Below the pieces are notes generated by a model. The model was given only the letters and a program-made list of their open reading frames with translations. It was not told where the DNA came from and did not search any database. Shown here piece by piece: positions 12,200-28,795 of a DNA stretch of 64,000 nt. Positions within the stretch are counted from its first letter, which is position 1. Each line of letters opens with the position of its first letter. The translations under genes were made by a program, and so were the position numbers. The stretch is taken from positions 164,734,001 through 164,798,000 of the forward strand of contig OX597816.1 of NCBI GenBank assembly GCA_951406725.2. Reading direction: 5' to 3'. This DNA comes from Octopus vulgaris. Its lineage: Eukaryota.

Positions 12200-12305
<106 letters not shown>

Positions 12306-12793
12306 AATAGACACACACACACACACACATATATATATACATATATAAAGCTAGGTAGATATGTAGAGAGTGCATATGTATATGGATGTATATATTATAT
12401 AATGTATATAATATATATACACAAAAATATATAAAAAAAATTACGCTCATTATTATATTAAGAGATATTTGCCAACACCCACACGCACCCACACACACCC
12501 ACACGCACCCCCATACCCCGTGGACTCTTTCATTCATTACATATTTTACAATCAAACAAGTTTACAATGAATTTTTTTATAGCCTTGCTCTTCCGAAATT
12601 TCTCACAGATGACCATCCACATTTCATACCTACGACTATATATATACGCAGTCTTCATTCACACAGAGAAACCACTCCTGATTATATTTATTCAATTTAT
12701 GAACTATATGCACTCACTATTTATTTAAACACCGTCATCACTCGTGACTTTATACGCTCATTAACTTTTTATTTCATTCATTTAATATATATA

Positions 12794-12834
<41 letters not shown>

Positions 12835-12878
12835 TTTTTATATATATGTATATGTATGTATATGTATATATGTATATG

Positions 12879-13005
<127 letters not shown>

Positions 13006-13279
13006 GGAAGTGGATTTGTAAATACAGAGGTCTTTTAAAGATGTTTATTGACTTGGCCGGTTTCACTTGTTTTAGAAAAAGAATTTCGAAAGTAAAATGT
13101 AAGGCGTTGTGTAGCCTTTGTGGTGTTAAAAATTAGTTAACATAGATGTACTAAAATATAGTGACAGAGTCTTTGACAATGATAAGAATATGTTAAGAGG
13201 GGGCTTTGTGTTTAAACAGTTTACATAAACGTGTTCAAAATAGGCAGTAAAATAAATTTATAATTATTTATAAGTTCAT

Positions 13280-13374
<95 letters not shown>

Positions 13375-13399
13375 ATATCTATATCTATATCTGTATTTA

Positions 13400-13468
<69 letters not shown>

Positions 13469-13564
13469 CGAGAAGGTTTACGAAAATAAAGAAAAGACGA
13501 AGGCAGGTGGAGTACAAACAAACAAATGTATTAGTATGGCGCCCAGGAATAGAAATAGAACAAG

Positions 13565-13602
13565 TCTTTTATGTTTCGAGCCTACGCTCTTCGACAGAAA
13601 GA
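13565..13602 (-). ncRNA. Hammerhead-like motif with A6U core change, in a (TA)n-embedded repeat
   Basis: UCUUU-CUGUCGA-A-GAGC-GUAG-GCUC-GAAA-CA-UA-AAAGA; stems I and II are perfect. Confidence 0.55.
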
Positions 13603-13674
13603 TACACAGAAAAAAAAACAAGGAGAGAAACAAGGAGAGAAAAAAATGCGTGTAGGATCTAACGATCTATCATG

Positions 13675-14025
13675 ATGGTGATTGTCTACTCCTTATGCAG
13701 AGTTTGACCACCTCCTGTACCTACACCTTAGAACCATTATGGCATCTGATGTAGCGTTTTATACCAGACAATATTTTGAAAAGACATTCACATAGATTGC
13801 ATATCTGATTTGGACAACCTAGAGTTGCCGTTAAGTTCTGAGCTTTGTGGATCTCAAAATGTCTTTTGAGGCCTCCGTTAGATTTGCAAACCTTCTGGCA
13901 TACGTTGTATTGAAAGGTGTGCACAGACATACAGGCAGAATTGTTGGTGGAGGTTCGTTTTCCAACGTAGCTGGGTGGGGTGGGGGTCCGTCACAGGCGG
14001 CACACACTCTAGCTACGCTAGTGTA
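13675..14025 (-). mobile_element. RTE-like LINE 3' fragment encoding two decayed C2H2 fingers
   Basis: ORF 13721-13930 gives YNVCQKVCKSNGGLKRHFEIH and CNLCECLFKILSGIKRYIRCH. There is no TGEKP linker, and the stop is followed by a short UTR, as at RTE C-termini. Confidence 0.55.
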
Positions 14026-14075
14026 TATGCATATACATACATACATACATACATACATACATGCATAAAATAATA

Positions 14076-14323
14076 AATGCGCCCTTTTTAAAGCCTAGCC
14101 AGGCTCATGAGACGGTTTCCCGGTTTCTATGGCGTATGTGTTTCCCAGCTGTACGGAACGCCAGTCCATCGCAGCGTTACTCATTTTTGCCAGCTGAGTG
14201 GACTGGAGCAACGTGAAATGAAGTGTTTTGCTCAAGAACACAACGCGTCGCCCGGTCCAGGAATCGAAACCACAATCTTACGATCATGATGCTGTCACTC
14301 TAACTACTAAGCCACGCGCCTCC
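14076..14323 (-). mobile_element. tRNA-derived SINE (family A-related)
   Basis: Reverse complement of the 10224 and 62719 type. Confidence 0.85.
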
Positions 14324-14618
14324 ACACACACACACACACACATATATACACACATATTTATACATACACACACACACACACACACGCGCGCGCACACACA
14401 CATATATATCCACCTTTTCAAAGTTAATTTTGTTATTAAATACTACGTGTTTTTTTATTGTTGCTGTTTATCCCAGGTAAGCTCTTACTGGAAATATATG
14501 TGATCAAAAGTATTCCAGTTGTGGCCATCCTGTATTAAAGTTTTCAAAACAGTGGATCTATAGCTGTCAATATGTTCTTTCTCTTTCCCTATTCCTATAC
14601 ACACGCGTGCACACACAC

Positions 14619-14695
<77 letters not shown>

Positions 14696-14782
14696 CCTTT
14701 AATGATAAAACTCTGGAAAGTTTTACAGATTTTTACAGTTCCAGTGATGAATTGGATCTGTATGTATGTACGTATACACTCA

Positions 14783-14837
<55 letters not shown>

Positions 14838-15278
14838 CCTTAAATGATAAAACTCTGGAAAGTTTTACAGATTCTTACAGTTCCATTGATGAATTGGATC
14901 TGTATGTATGTACGTATACACTCACTCACACACACACACACACACACTTACATAAGCCATAAACGTCAGGAGGTATGAACGATGAATATTTGACCACTTG
15001 ACATCGTTAGGGTTACGGCTGTTTCTCAGCCTTCTTCATGTGCGGAAGAAAATTATGCTTATATGCTTGCATTAATAAGCATTAATGTTCATGCTATATA
15101 TTATATAATGCACTTGTTTATTTAGAAATCAATGCAAATCAATGCAAATAAAGAGAGAAAGCTTATCAGATAATCAGAACATAATGATTACACCAACGAT
15201 CCAACTCTAAGCAAACATCCAAACATTTTCTCTTTATATATACAATGTATAGAGGCCCGAAATTTGATTTCTTTTACC

Positions 15279-15476
15279 TTTACTTGTTTCAGTCATTTGA
15301 CTGCGGCCATGCTGGAGCACCGCCTTTAGTGGATCAAATCGATCCCGGGACTTATTCTTTGTAAGCCCAGTACTTATTCTATCGGTCTCTTTTTGCCGAA
15401 CCGCTAAGTTACGGGGACGTAAACACACCTGCATCGGTTGTCAAGCAATGCTAGGGGGACAAACACAGACACACAA

Positions 15477-15508
<32 letters not shown>

Positions 15509-15634
15509 TTGACAGGCTTCTTTCAGTTTCCGTCTACCAAATCCACTCACAAGGCATTGGTCGGCCCGGGGCTATAGCAGAAGACACTTGCCTAAGATGC
15601 CACACAGTGGGACTGAGCCTGGAACCATGTGGTT
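15279..15634 (-). mobile_element. SINE family C (internal microsatellite)
   Basis: Near-identical to 36851-37246; homologous to 32759-33161 and 41120-41510. Confidence 0.85.
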
Positions 15635-16502
15635 AGAAAAATTAAAATAGTTTGTTTCGTATCAATTAAAGGGTTAGATAGAAGTTCAGGGAATTGGCCA
15701 TCCTTAATGCTGACAAGAAACAGGAAGGGATAAATACAGGAAGTAAAGTAAATATGAAAAATAGATAGCTTAAAGAAGTGTATAAAATTATTTATAAAGA
15801 AAAATATATATTTACATGCACACGCAAACACAAACAGACAGACACACATATATAATATAGTACAAATGAATTAAATGGGAAGCAGACTTATATATGTATA
15901 TGTATATATGTGTGTGTAAGTGTGTGCATGTGTGTGTGTGCATGTATGCATGTATGTATATATACCTTTTAATACATGCGGTAGTATATTATAGTTGTAT
16001 AGCGAAATACGGTGCCCTTAACAGTAATACATAATACAATAAATAATACATAAGTACCAGTTGCTAGGATGTATTTAATATGTAAATTGGTCAATCAAGT
16101 TGTGTTGCACCGCTAAATTTAGCAATGTGTTCGTGGATGATTAATGGGTTAGATGTGGTACTGATAAGACAGCAATAACTCATGAAATATGCATAGACAC
16201 TCATTACCAATTTTCTATCTTTATTGGTGTATTGAGATACACTTAAAAAATGAAAATATGAACTGCTAACACAAGGTAGGACACAGTACTGACTTGTAAA
16301 TCTTTGATTTACTACGTAGTATATATATCGTAGTTGCAAAACAAAATACAGTATCCCTACCAGCAATTATATATATATATATATATATTGTCGTATTTAG
16401 GGACGGTCATGTTGCCAGTTTAGCCAATAAAAACACACGCACTACATATTTGGTGTTAATTTGCTTCAGCTTTATTTTATTTTTTTACATTAATTGTATT
16501 TC

Positions 16503-16546
16503 GGCCAGAGTCTTTCATCACACTTCTGTGACATCATCAGCTGTCC
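16503..16546 (-). ncRNA. Degenerate hammerhead-like motif
   Basis: GGACAG-CUGAUGA-U-GUCACA-GAAG-UGUGAU-GAAA-GACU-CUGGCC. Stem II is shared with 59051-59096; the cleavage site is imperfect. Confidence 0.4.
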
Positions 16547-16600
16547 TTTGCTTTCTTCTTTCTTATTTGTGTGTCTTTCCTTACTAACGATCAGCCATTT

Positions 16601-16655
<55 letters not shown>

Positions 16656-16709
16656 TTGGTGTAATTAATAATTATTCCAAATTAATTAATTTCACCCTTT
16701 ATTTATGAT

Positions 16710-16768
<59 letters not shown>

Positions 16769-16809
16769 GTATGTGTGTCTGTATGTATGTATGCATGTAT
16801 GTATATTGA

Positions 16810-17075
16810 AACCCCTTTCGGTCATGACTGACCGTGGGATTGCACCTAGAAAGTTACCCTCCGAGGCACAAGTCCGGGCAAGGTTGTTTATGGAAGACCA
16901 GCAGTCGCCCATGCATACCGGCCTCCCCTCTCTACGCCACTGATGTTATCCAAAGGAAAGGCAACAGCAGATACAGCTTGGCACCTGTGACGTTGCAACT
17001 CATTTCTACAGCTGAGTGAACTGGAGCAACGGGAAATAAAGTGTCTTGCTCAAGAACACAATACGCAGCCCGGTA
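16810..17075 (-). mobile_element. SINE body (same subfamily as 27452-27790)
   Basis: Reverse-complement identity to 27520-27790. Confidence 0.8.
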
Positions 17076-18047
17076 CGTGTACAAGGGAAGTATGCGAATG
17101 TTTCTATGTGTGATGATAGGTACCTTATTTATATACGAAATACTACAATTAGGCGTCGCTAGTGACGGTACGTGGTTAGCTAGTTGGCATATATAACGAA
17201 CTCACAACCTCACGATTGTAAGCTCGACACTCTAACCACTGAGCTATGCGCCTTCACATGTATGTATATAGTTAGATTATATTTTGTTAAGAAACTAGGA
17301 GAGTGCAGTATAATGTTCGCTCACCTTCAAAGTTCACTCCCTGTAATCCTTCATGTTGACCCCAGCTTATTCAATTACATATATATATATATATATATAT
17401 GTGATTTCCTTCATATGTTGAAACAATAAAATACATTCATTAGTCTACACAAGCCTGCACTCAGACAAAAATACACGCACAACAAATGTATGTTGGCTGC
17501 TATTCATAGCTGTTATTAAACAAAACCAAGGAGACACATACAAAAATATATCAACAAACGGACAAACACATACTGTTTCATACAACCGCACTATATACCT
17601 TTTCGTGAGACTGAAAGAGACCATTGTATCATTTGCAATCCATTAACCTAATGTCTAACATATTTCATTAGGTGAGAGTGAGGGTAGAGGAGTTCTTCTT
17701 AGACTCTAAATCACCTCTCCTACTTAGCCATTACTTTAGTAATGTCTAGTTTATTGCTGTTTTGTTGTATAACAAAGGAATATCTGTTTAACTACCTCAA
17801 TATGTTCTACACTAAAATTACTCTTTCACATTTTATGACGTCGTCGTCGCCGCTGTTGTCGTCATCGTTGTTGTTACTTTGTTACTGCTGTTTCCTCTAA
17901 GGTCAGATCTCTTTAAGCAATTTTTTTTTTACTGTATTTATATCATAATAGGTCAATGGCTGGTTCATTGTATTTCTAACATCATCAGTGATGGCTTGAC
18001 TTTTTTTCTCAAGACCTAGTACTCTATTTGCCTGGCCTATATAAATG

Positions 18048-18452
18048 AGCACGCCGGGCGAAATGCGTAGCCGTATTTCGTCTGTCTTTACGCTCTGAGT
18101 TCAAATTCCGCCGAGGTCGATTTTGCCTTTCATCCTTTCGAGGTCGATAAATTAAGTACCAGTTACGCACTGGGGTCGATGTAATCGACTTAATCCCTTT
18201 GTCTATCCTTGTTTGTCCTCTCTATGTTTAACCCCTCGTTGGTAGTAAAGAAATAGGTATTTCGTCTATCGTTACGTTCTGAGTTCAAATTCCGCCAAGG
18301 TCGACTTTACCTTTCATCCTTTCGGGGTCGATAAATAAAGTACCAGTTACGCACTGAGGTCGATGTAATCGACTTAATCTGTTTGTCTGTCCTTGTTTGT
18401 CCCCTCATTTATATATATTTCTTTACTGCCCCTTGTGGGCAGTAAAGAAATA
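18048..18452 (+). mobile_element. SINE family B, tandem dimer
   Basis: GAGTTCAAATTCCGCCGAGGTCGACTTTGCCTTTCATCCTTTCGGGGTCGATAAATTAAGTACCAG-type core present twice; resembles the MetaSINE central domain. Confidence 0.85.
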
Positions 18453-18603
18453 TATATAAATGACCGCGATCACAATACTCCTCATGATTGGTACCCGAAT
18501 TTGTTTCCAGGTTCAAGGCCGGTAGATTTTGGGGAGAGGAGGCAAATGAAGTAAATTGATTACATCGAGCTCTGTATTTGTCTGGTATTTTATCTTATTG
18601 AAG

Positions 18604-18900
18604 TGGAGGCGCAATGGCCCAGTGTTTAGGGTAGCGGACTCGCGGTCGGAGGATCGCGGTTTCTATTCCCAGACCGGGCGTTGTGTGTCTTTGGTGAGCG
18701 AAAACACCTAAAAGCTCCACGAGGCTCCGGCAGGGGGTGGTGGCGACTCCTGTCGTACTCTTTCGCCACAACTTTCTCTCACTCTCTCTTCCTGTTTCTT
18801 GAGTAACGCCGCGAGACTGGCGTCTCGTCCAGCTGGGGGTGGGGGATGGAACACATACGTCACAGAAACTGGGAAACCGTGCCGATAGGCTTGAAAAGGG
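18604..18900 (+). mobile_element. tRNA-derived SINE, family A
   Basis: GGAGGCGCAATGGCCCAGTG head. Confidence 0.85.
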
Positions 18901-19293
18901 CGACGTTATCTTATTAATCTCCAAACGAAGAAAGATAAAATCGACGTTGGCGACATTTGAACTCGGAACATAAAGAGCTAGAAAAATACCTCTAAGAATT
19001 TTGTTCGATGTGCTAACGATTCTGCCAGCCTGCTGTCTTAAGATTATCTTTATCGAAAGATACTGCTAGATCAAAAACTATCTTCTAGTATGCCCGTCTT
19101 CTCGAATGTTAAGCCACTCACGCTTTATGGTGAAAAAGAAAAAAGAAAAGAAAAGCACATTCCATGAGCTTCTTTCAAGTTGCAATTGCTTTTCATCTAT
19201 GGGAAATTTGTCGCTTCATAAAATGTTTAATTAATACATCTTGGCACATGTCATGCTGATGATTTCCAGAAAGAATGAAATAGTGTTATATAT

Positions 19294-19540
19294 TTGTCAA
19301 AATATTTTCGCTGCTTTGAGATCGTGATTTGTTCCGTGCTGCACGGAATTTTGTCAGTGAACAGGTGGCGATCTCAGAGCAACGAAAATATTTTGACGAA
19401 TTAAATTTAAATGTTGAAGAGAATCTAACGGGTTTTGTGTGTTTTTAAATGGTTTATAAACACCTTCCACGCTGCAATTGCTTTTGTTTCAGCACACGAT
19501 CTCAGATCAGGTCACTTGCTATGCAAGTACATCTCCGTAA
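19294..19540. repeat. Dispersed ~200-bp repeat (second copy 27129-27327) with a local hairpin
   Basis: GCACGGAATTTTGTCAGTGAACAG...CTATGCAAGTACATCTCCGT is found twice; 19294-19324 is inverted relative to 19369-19400. Confidence 0.75.
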
Positions 19541-19724
19541 TATAGAATAACAGTTTTCTTGATTCCGTAATATTCTTAATACCAGAGTTAAGTTTGCTAT
19601 GGAAGATATTAATATGCTTACGAAAGTATATACTAGCAATAACAGTTACAAGATTGGATTCAATTGGTTCTAAGTCTTTTCTCCATCGTAGGAGTTACGA
19701 ATCTTTACACTGTAGGAGTCAATA

Positions 19725-19936
19725 GGGGCTTTCTCCGTCCGGGTTGCGGATCCGTGGAATAAGCAGCCGGACGAGATAGTGAAGATGCCGACGACCGCTC
19801 GGTTCAAATACTCTCTTGACCAGAAATGGCCTGAACTCTTTGCATGAACACCCTCCCTGTACATAACTCCATGTCCCCCTATATGGCCTTGCTTTTGCTT
19901 TTTGAGCCAACAAATTAACTTAACTAATTTAACTTA
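19725..19936 (+). pseudogene. CR1-clade LINE 3' end
   Basis: Translates to AFSVRVADPWNKQPDEIVKMPTTARFKYSLD (CR1 C-terminal FSxRVxxxWNxLP motif), followed by a (TAACT)n-like tail. Confidence 0.75.
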
Positions 19937-20782
19937 TTTCGGTGATCTTAGAGCCATAGAAAAACGTTATTCAGCGCTTGCATCTAACTACATTTATTTT
20001 CTTTAGCATTTTTAAAGTTAGTATTTATTTGATGGTGTAGGGATATTGATCGTAGAGCAAGTTAAGCTGTGTAGATCCATTCCAGACGCAACAGTTTGTG
20101 AGCCACGAAAATCACTCCGTTATATGATTTACTATGATATCAGATTATACTATGTGGTCTATTATTTGAGCATGTAATACATCACTATGACACAGAGATC
20201 GTTATGGTATATGTTGTTAGTATAATCGGTAATCGTTATTTACACGAATGAAAGCTGTTTATTCAGTGTATGTCTAGAGTGAAATTTATGTATGATATAG
20301 TCCGATAACGATAATATAGTCGTTACTTCAAGTTTCTTGCTTATTTAAAAACTAAGAAATCTTCAGACAATAAACAAAATTGTTTTATAGAAAAATTCGG
20401 GAAATGTATGCGCGTGCACGCACGCACGCACGCACATATACACACACACACGCACGCACACACACACACACACACACACACATCCAGTCATACATTTACA
20501 TACATATTCCTATACGATACGCTTCCGCACAGTTTCCGCCTTCCGAGATCCACTCCCAAAGTCTTGCTCAACCAGAAGATATAACTAGAAATATTTGTAT
20601 AAGGTGGTGGATCGAAATCTTGAATCATGTGACCACAATGCACCATTGCTACGCTATTGTGGCTCCATCATTAATCTATCGACGCCAATGATAGACCCCC
20701 CCACCCAATGAAAATGGGGCATTGTATTTTGTCCAAGAAATGCTCCGCACAAACCACATTTTCCATCGGTTAAAATGTCACA

Positions 20783-21180
20783 AGGCGGCGTGCTGGCAGA
20801 AGCGTTAGCATGCCGGGCGAAATGCTTAGCGGTATTTCGTCAGTCTTTATGTTCTGAGTTCAAATTCCGCCGAGGTCGACTTTGCCTTTCATTCTTTCGG
20901 GGGTCGATAAATTAAGTACCAGTTACGCACTGGGGTCGATGTAATCGACTTAATACCTATGTCTGTCCTTGTTTGTCCCCTCTGTGTTTAGCCCCTTGTG
21001 GGTAATAAAGAAATAGGTATTTCGTCAGTCTTTATGTTCTGAGTTCAAATTCCGCCGAGGTCGACTTTGCCTTTCATTCTTTCGGGGGTCGATAAATTAA
21101 GTACTAGTTGCATTCTGGGGTCGATCTAATCGACTGGTCCCCCCAAAAAGAATTTCGGGCTTTGTGCTAAGAGTAGAAAA
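20783..21180 (+). mobile_element. SINE family B, tandem dimer
   Basis: Head GGCGGCGTGCTGGCAGAAGCGTTAGC; core repeated. Confidence 0.85.
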
Positions 21181-21625
21181 TAATTATTTCTTTCTTCATA
21201 TTTGGTGGTGATACGCTGTCATTTTATGTGAATATGTCCTATTTCAGCCAGATATTTTCATTCAACACAGAACCAGCTGTTATTTTTCTTTATTTATTTA
21301 TGGACGTCTACTTTGTGGAAATATTGGCCATATAAAATAACACCTTTATTGTTGTCTACCCTGGCTGACACATGCGTCGCCAGGGTTTCCGATTTTTCCA
21401 TTGCTGCTTTAGGTTAGATGTCAATAATATTTTTCTATCTTTTACTTGTTTCAATAATTGGATTGCGGCCAGGCTGAGGTACCACCTTGAACAAATCTAG
21501 CCTGTATTTTTTTTTTTTTGGGAAAAGTCTGGTAATTATTCTATCGGTCTCTTTTACCGAACCCGCTAAGTTGTGGGATCCCGGTTTTCAAACAGCGAGG
21601 GAATAAGCACAAAGAAGCACAAAGA

Positions 21626-21661
<36 letters not shown>

Positions 21662-22707
21662 TGGATGTTTGTATCTAAATGTATATACATGTATATATAT
21701 TTATATCTATCTTCTCTCTATATAATATATATATGTACATATATATACATATGTATATACATAGATATATATGATGGGCTTCCACACAGTTTCCGTCAAT
21801 AAAATGAACTCACAAGGCATTGATCGGCACGGGACTGTAGTAGAAGACACTTTCCCAAGGAGTCATGCAGAGGGATTGAACTAGAAACCTTGTGGTTGCA
21901 AATTGAGCTTCTTAACTACACAGCTATCAATGCGCCTTGTTCAAAATATAATAATCGAATTTCTTTTCAGAAATTTATTGCTGCAGTAACAATCGATTTT
22001 TGCGATCTGTTGATCGAAACACGGAACAGTCCGTATTATGATTCAGTGAAGTAGTGGGTGACTTTAGCAGTTACATTATGAAACTGACCCTTGACTCTGA
22101 ATGGCCATCGGTCGCCTTTTCTTCTTGGGAGGAACAGGTGCCGGGTGTTAACGCGATACATTCGCAGATATCTTTTATTATGTTCCATGAAATATTGAGA
22201 CTATTTCCAACGCAATTCTTCAAAAGCATTTATTCAGTCTTCGGCAGCTTGGGCAATTGTCTTCTACTATTGCCTCGAACCTATCACATATAATTGCAAA
22301 GATAATCTGGAACTCGACTGAGGATAGAAAACTCCGAATGATCCGTCCTTGTTTTCCTTGTATCGTCTGTCTGGATATTTTGTTGTCCCTTTTTTGTTTC
22401 ACCTAACTGTATGGATGTTTTGCGTTCTTGTCCCATTTTTGTATTTTTATTTTTTATCTTCCTGTCAAGGGTTCAGACGAGCCCACCTCGCTGCAGGAAA
22501 CACAGATGAGGGCTGCGGCATCAAACTCCGTCATTGACCAAATGCCACATATCAGAGGAGGGTTCAAATAATGCCAGTCAACAGTGGTGCCCAAGCATGA
22601 CCGCAGCTTTGGAGCTAAAATGTTTTAAAGAATTAAAGAATTATACGTTGTGTATGTAGATGTATATATATATATATATGTATGTATATACACATATGCA
22701 TACATGA

Positions 22708-22856
<149 letters not shown>

Positions 22857-22945
22857 ATATATATATATGTGTGTGTGTATACGTATATATATATAGGTGT
22901 GTGTGTCTGTCTGAGTGTGTGTGTGTGTGTCTGTGTGTGTGTGTG

Positions 22946-24174
<1,229 letters not shown>

Positions 24175-24802
24175 TGTATGTATTGCATCATGTGAAATTG
24201 TGAAGAAAATTGAAGGAATATAGGTGCTGCTGAACACAGTTATTATGTGAGCAGTTAATCGTTAATCGGAACGGAACCGCTACGAGACAAGCGAGATATT
24301 TCCGAAATTCGAAACCGCTCCAGTTTATCAGGAACACACTCATTCTTCCTCTCGCTCCTTTTCTCCTCTTCCCCCCTTCTCTCTCTCTCTACCTCCTCTC
24401 TGTCTGATCTGTTTTCAGTTTTCGTTTTCTTTTTGTTTCTGTTTTCATGTTCGCTCCTACATTGAACTCTTAACCTAGTAATGTAAAACCATCATTCAGA
24501 GATCAATACCCGATTCAGCTACAAACGGTGTAACCTTATAACCTTTTAGATAACAATGCAAAATAAATTGTTAGAGTAACCGACACTGAACTAGTAACCT
24601 TAATATTGTTTGCCAGTGTTACAGTGAACTATTTGAATTGATAACATTGCATCTGTTAATATTGAGAGTATTATTAATACTACCAAATACTTCATTAAGT
24701 AATTAGTAGCACACACACATGCAAGCATACACATACACGCGCGCACATACACATAGAGGAATACACACAGCATACACATGTATATATGTATTAATGCATG
24801 AA

Positions 24803-24883
<81 letters not shown>

Positions 24884-24986
24884 GTCTGTCTGTCTGTATA
24901 TCTGTCTATCTATCTGTCTGTCTGTCTGTCTGCCTGCTTGTCTGTATTTCTGTATACACACACAAAACGTACACATGCATGTGTGC

Positions 24987-25028
<42 letters not shown>

Positions 25029-25095
25029 GTGTGTGTGTGTGCGTGTGTCTGTTCACATATATATGTATGCATATATATGGATGTATATATATATG

Positions 25096-25147
<52 letters not shown>

Positions 25148-25149
25148 TA

Positions 25150-25203
<54 letters not shown>

Positions 25204-25994
25204 CATACATATATATACATACAAACATATACATGTGCGCGTATGTGTATATGTGTATCTAAAAAATTAAAATCTAACTCATACGCTCTTGTTATTGTGT
25301 GTGTATGTGTGCGTGTGTATGTATGTGTGTATGTGTGTGCGTGTGTGTGTGCATGTGTGTGTTTGTGTGTGTGTAGAGTTGCTGGGAGTTAATTTATTTT
25401 AAAGCTAATGCATTTAGGTGAAATCGGAATTTTCAATAAATTGAGAGGAAGTACATTGGAAATGGGACTTGTGTTTGAGCGGGAAGCGGAGTTGAAGTGG
25501 GAGGGAGGATAAAGGGAGGGTGGGGGAGGGGGAGAGGGGGGAGAGGGAGAGAGAAAGTGTGGATGCAAGAGAGAAAAGGAGGGGGAAAGAGAAATATATA
25601 GGGAGATAGAGGGAGAGGTAAAGAGATATAAAGAGAATGCGATAGATATAAAGAGATATAAAGAGAAGGTGAAGAGAAGGAGCGATGTAGTGGGAGGTGA
25701 GGATGGCTTAGAGGGGAAAGAGAAAGAGGGAGAAAAAGGGAGAAAACAGAACACTAATAGAGAAGAGATGGGGAGTGTGGAGGCAATAAAGGGTGAGAGG
25801 AAGAGGAAGCTGAACAGAATGAGATATAGCGAGGAATAGAGGGAGAGATGAAAAGATATAGAAAGAGGGGGAAAGAGTGGTGCGTAGAACGGGGCGCAGG
25901 AGAGCAAGTAGGGGTGATAAAGGGGATAAATAATAAAGAGAGAAAGGAGAGAACGAAGGGGCGAAAGAAAATTGTGAAAGAAAAATGAATGAAA

Positions 25995-26042
25995 TAATAA
26001 CGATGATGATAATAATGATGATGATGAGGATGATGATGATGA

Positions 26043-26102
<60 letters not shown>

Positions 26103-26224
26103 TAATAATAACAACAACAACAATAATAATGATAATAATAATAATAATAATAATAACAAAAACAACAACAATAATAATGATAATAATAACAATAATAATA
26201 ATAACAACAACAACAATAATAATG

Positions 26225-26281
<57 letters not shown>

Positions 26282-26342
26282 TAAGATCCCTTTTACTGAA
26301 TATGATGGTGATAGGGAACGTGAAATAACAAAAACAACAACG

Positions 26343-26412
<70 letters not shown>

Positions 26413-26440
26413 CAACAACAACAATAATAATAATAATAAT
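25995..26440. repeat. (AAT/GAT/AAC)n microsatellite complex downstream of a purine-rich tract
   Basis: Visible runs; they explain the 354-aa low-complexity ORF. Confidence 0.95.
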
Positions 26441-26894
26441 GTAAGATCCTCATTATTGAATATTATGGTGACAGGGAACATGAAAATTCCGCCAGATGCC
26501 GTCATTGAGATGAAGAGCTTTCAAAGATACAACGCACATTCCTAAACAATGATTACAACAAACGTTTGTCGGCCATCTTAGCTATAATTTTGCCTTCTTT
26601 TTGCTTATGTGTTTATGCATTTATTATGCGTTTTTTTTATGCGTATGTGTATTAATATCTTATATGTGTTAATGTTTATGTGTGTTTGTGTCTTTGCGTG
26701 TTTATGTTAATGCACGCATTTTTTTGTTTGCTATATATTTTCCAGATTTTTAGATTTTTCGTTTTTCGTTTTGTTTTCATATTTTTATCCGCTTTTTTGT
26801 TTAATTCTCCCCACCATTTTTTTTGAAAATTCACGCAATCAATCTAAGGTTGATAGAGTTAGGGGAAACAGGGCTAATGTTCTATGGTATATTG

Positions 26895-26926
<32 letters not shown>

Positions 26927-27325
26927 GGTGATGTTCTTGTTGTCATAGCAAAGACTGTGTTGGTGGTGCAGTGATTGCAAATAAAGAAAAGTTCTTTATT
27001 TCTTTTTCTTCTTTTTTTTCTTTCTTTTTAAATTGTTGCACTTGTAGTTGATATTGGCGGAATTACTGCTGCTGCCGGTATTGTTGTTGCTGTTGCTGTA
27101 GTAGTTGTTGATGATGATGACAATGATAGCACGGAATTTTGTCAGTGAACAGATCGCGGTTTCAGAACGACAAGAATATTTTGATAAATTAAATTTAAAT
27201 GTTGGAGTAAATCTAACGGTTTTTGTATGTTTTTAAATGGCTTATAGACACCTTCTACGCAACAATCATTTTTGTTTCAGCAAACGATTTTAGATCAAGT
27301 CCCTTGCTATGCAAGTACATCTCCG

Positions 27326-27790
<465 letters not shown>

Positions 27791-27885
27791 TATAGCTGCA
27801 TAATATATATGTAAGCATATATATATACATATATAAATACATGTATGTTCGTAAGTATATATGTGTGTATTCGTGTATGCATGTA

Positions 27886-27951
<66 letters not shown>

Positions 27952-28082
27952 TTGAGAGAGAGAGAGAGATGAATAAACAGACAGACGGACAGAAATACAG
28001 CTAGCTAGCTAGATAGATAGATAGACAGATAGATAGACAGATAGACAGACAGATGATAGATAGATAGATAGATAGATAGATA

Positions 28083-28114
<32 letters not shown>

Positions 28115-28417
28115 TAAAGTAATTAATCAAGTTTTATGTGAAATTAAAGACCATTCAAGATAATGAGTATAGGGTTAATTGCTATATATTTACAATCATA
28201 CAATCATTGTCGATCCAAGATGTGATTAGTCTCAAGAACACTCCAACTACTTGAGTATCGACCATCGCACATCGTCTGGCGCTCACTGTTGGTCTTTCTC
28301 GGTAAACAGATGCTCGAGTGTCGTTGAAACCAACTGAAATTTCGATCCACAGCGATTCTATACTTATCTATGTACGTGTGTGTATATATACATATGTATG
28401 AATGCATGCATGCATGT

Positions 28418-28795
28418 GGAAGCATTCCGTCGGTTACGACGATGAGGGTTCCGGTTGATCCGAATCAACGGAACAGCCTGCTCGTGAAATTAACGTGTAA
28501 GTGGCTGAACACTCCACAGACACGTGTACCCTTAACGTAGTTCTCGGGGATATTCAGCGTGACACAGAGAGTGACAAGGCTGGCCCTTTGAAATACAGGT
28601 ACAACAAAAACAGGAAGTAAGAGTGAGAGAAAGTTGTGGCGAAAGAGTACAGCAGGGATCACCACCATCCCTGCCGGAGCCTCGTGGAGCTTTAGGTGTT
28701 TTCGCTCAATAAAGACTCACAACGCCCGGTCTGGGAATCGAAACCGCGATCCTATGACCGCGAGTCCGCTGCCCTAACCACTGAGCCATTGCGTG
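28418..28795 (-). mobile_element. tRNA-derived SINE, family A
   Basis: Reverse complement of 1208-1590. Confidence 0.88.

Noticed and set aside
13721-13930. Host C2H2 zinc-finger gene
   Set aside because: Only two damaged fingers, no TGEKP linker, and it sits inside a repeat-like block; better explained as an RTE C-terminus.
22310-22365. Hammerhead-like CTGAGGA...CCGAATGATCCGTC
   Set aside because: No convincing stem I or II, and no GAAA.
25389-26453. Longest ORF (354 aa) and other poly-Y/I/L/H/M/S or YVCM ORFs
   Set aside because: These are translations of microsatellites and purine-rich tracts with no domain content.
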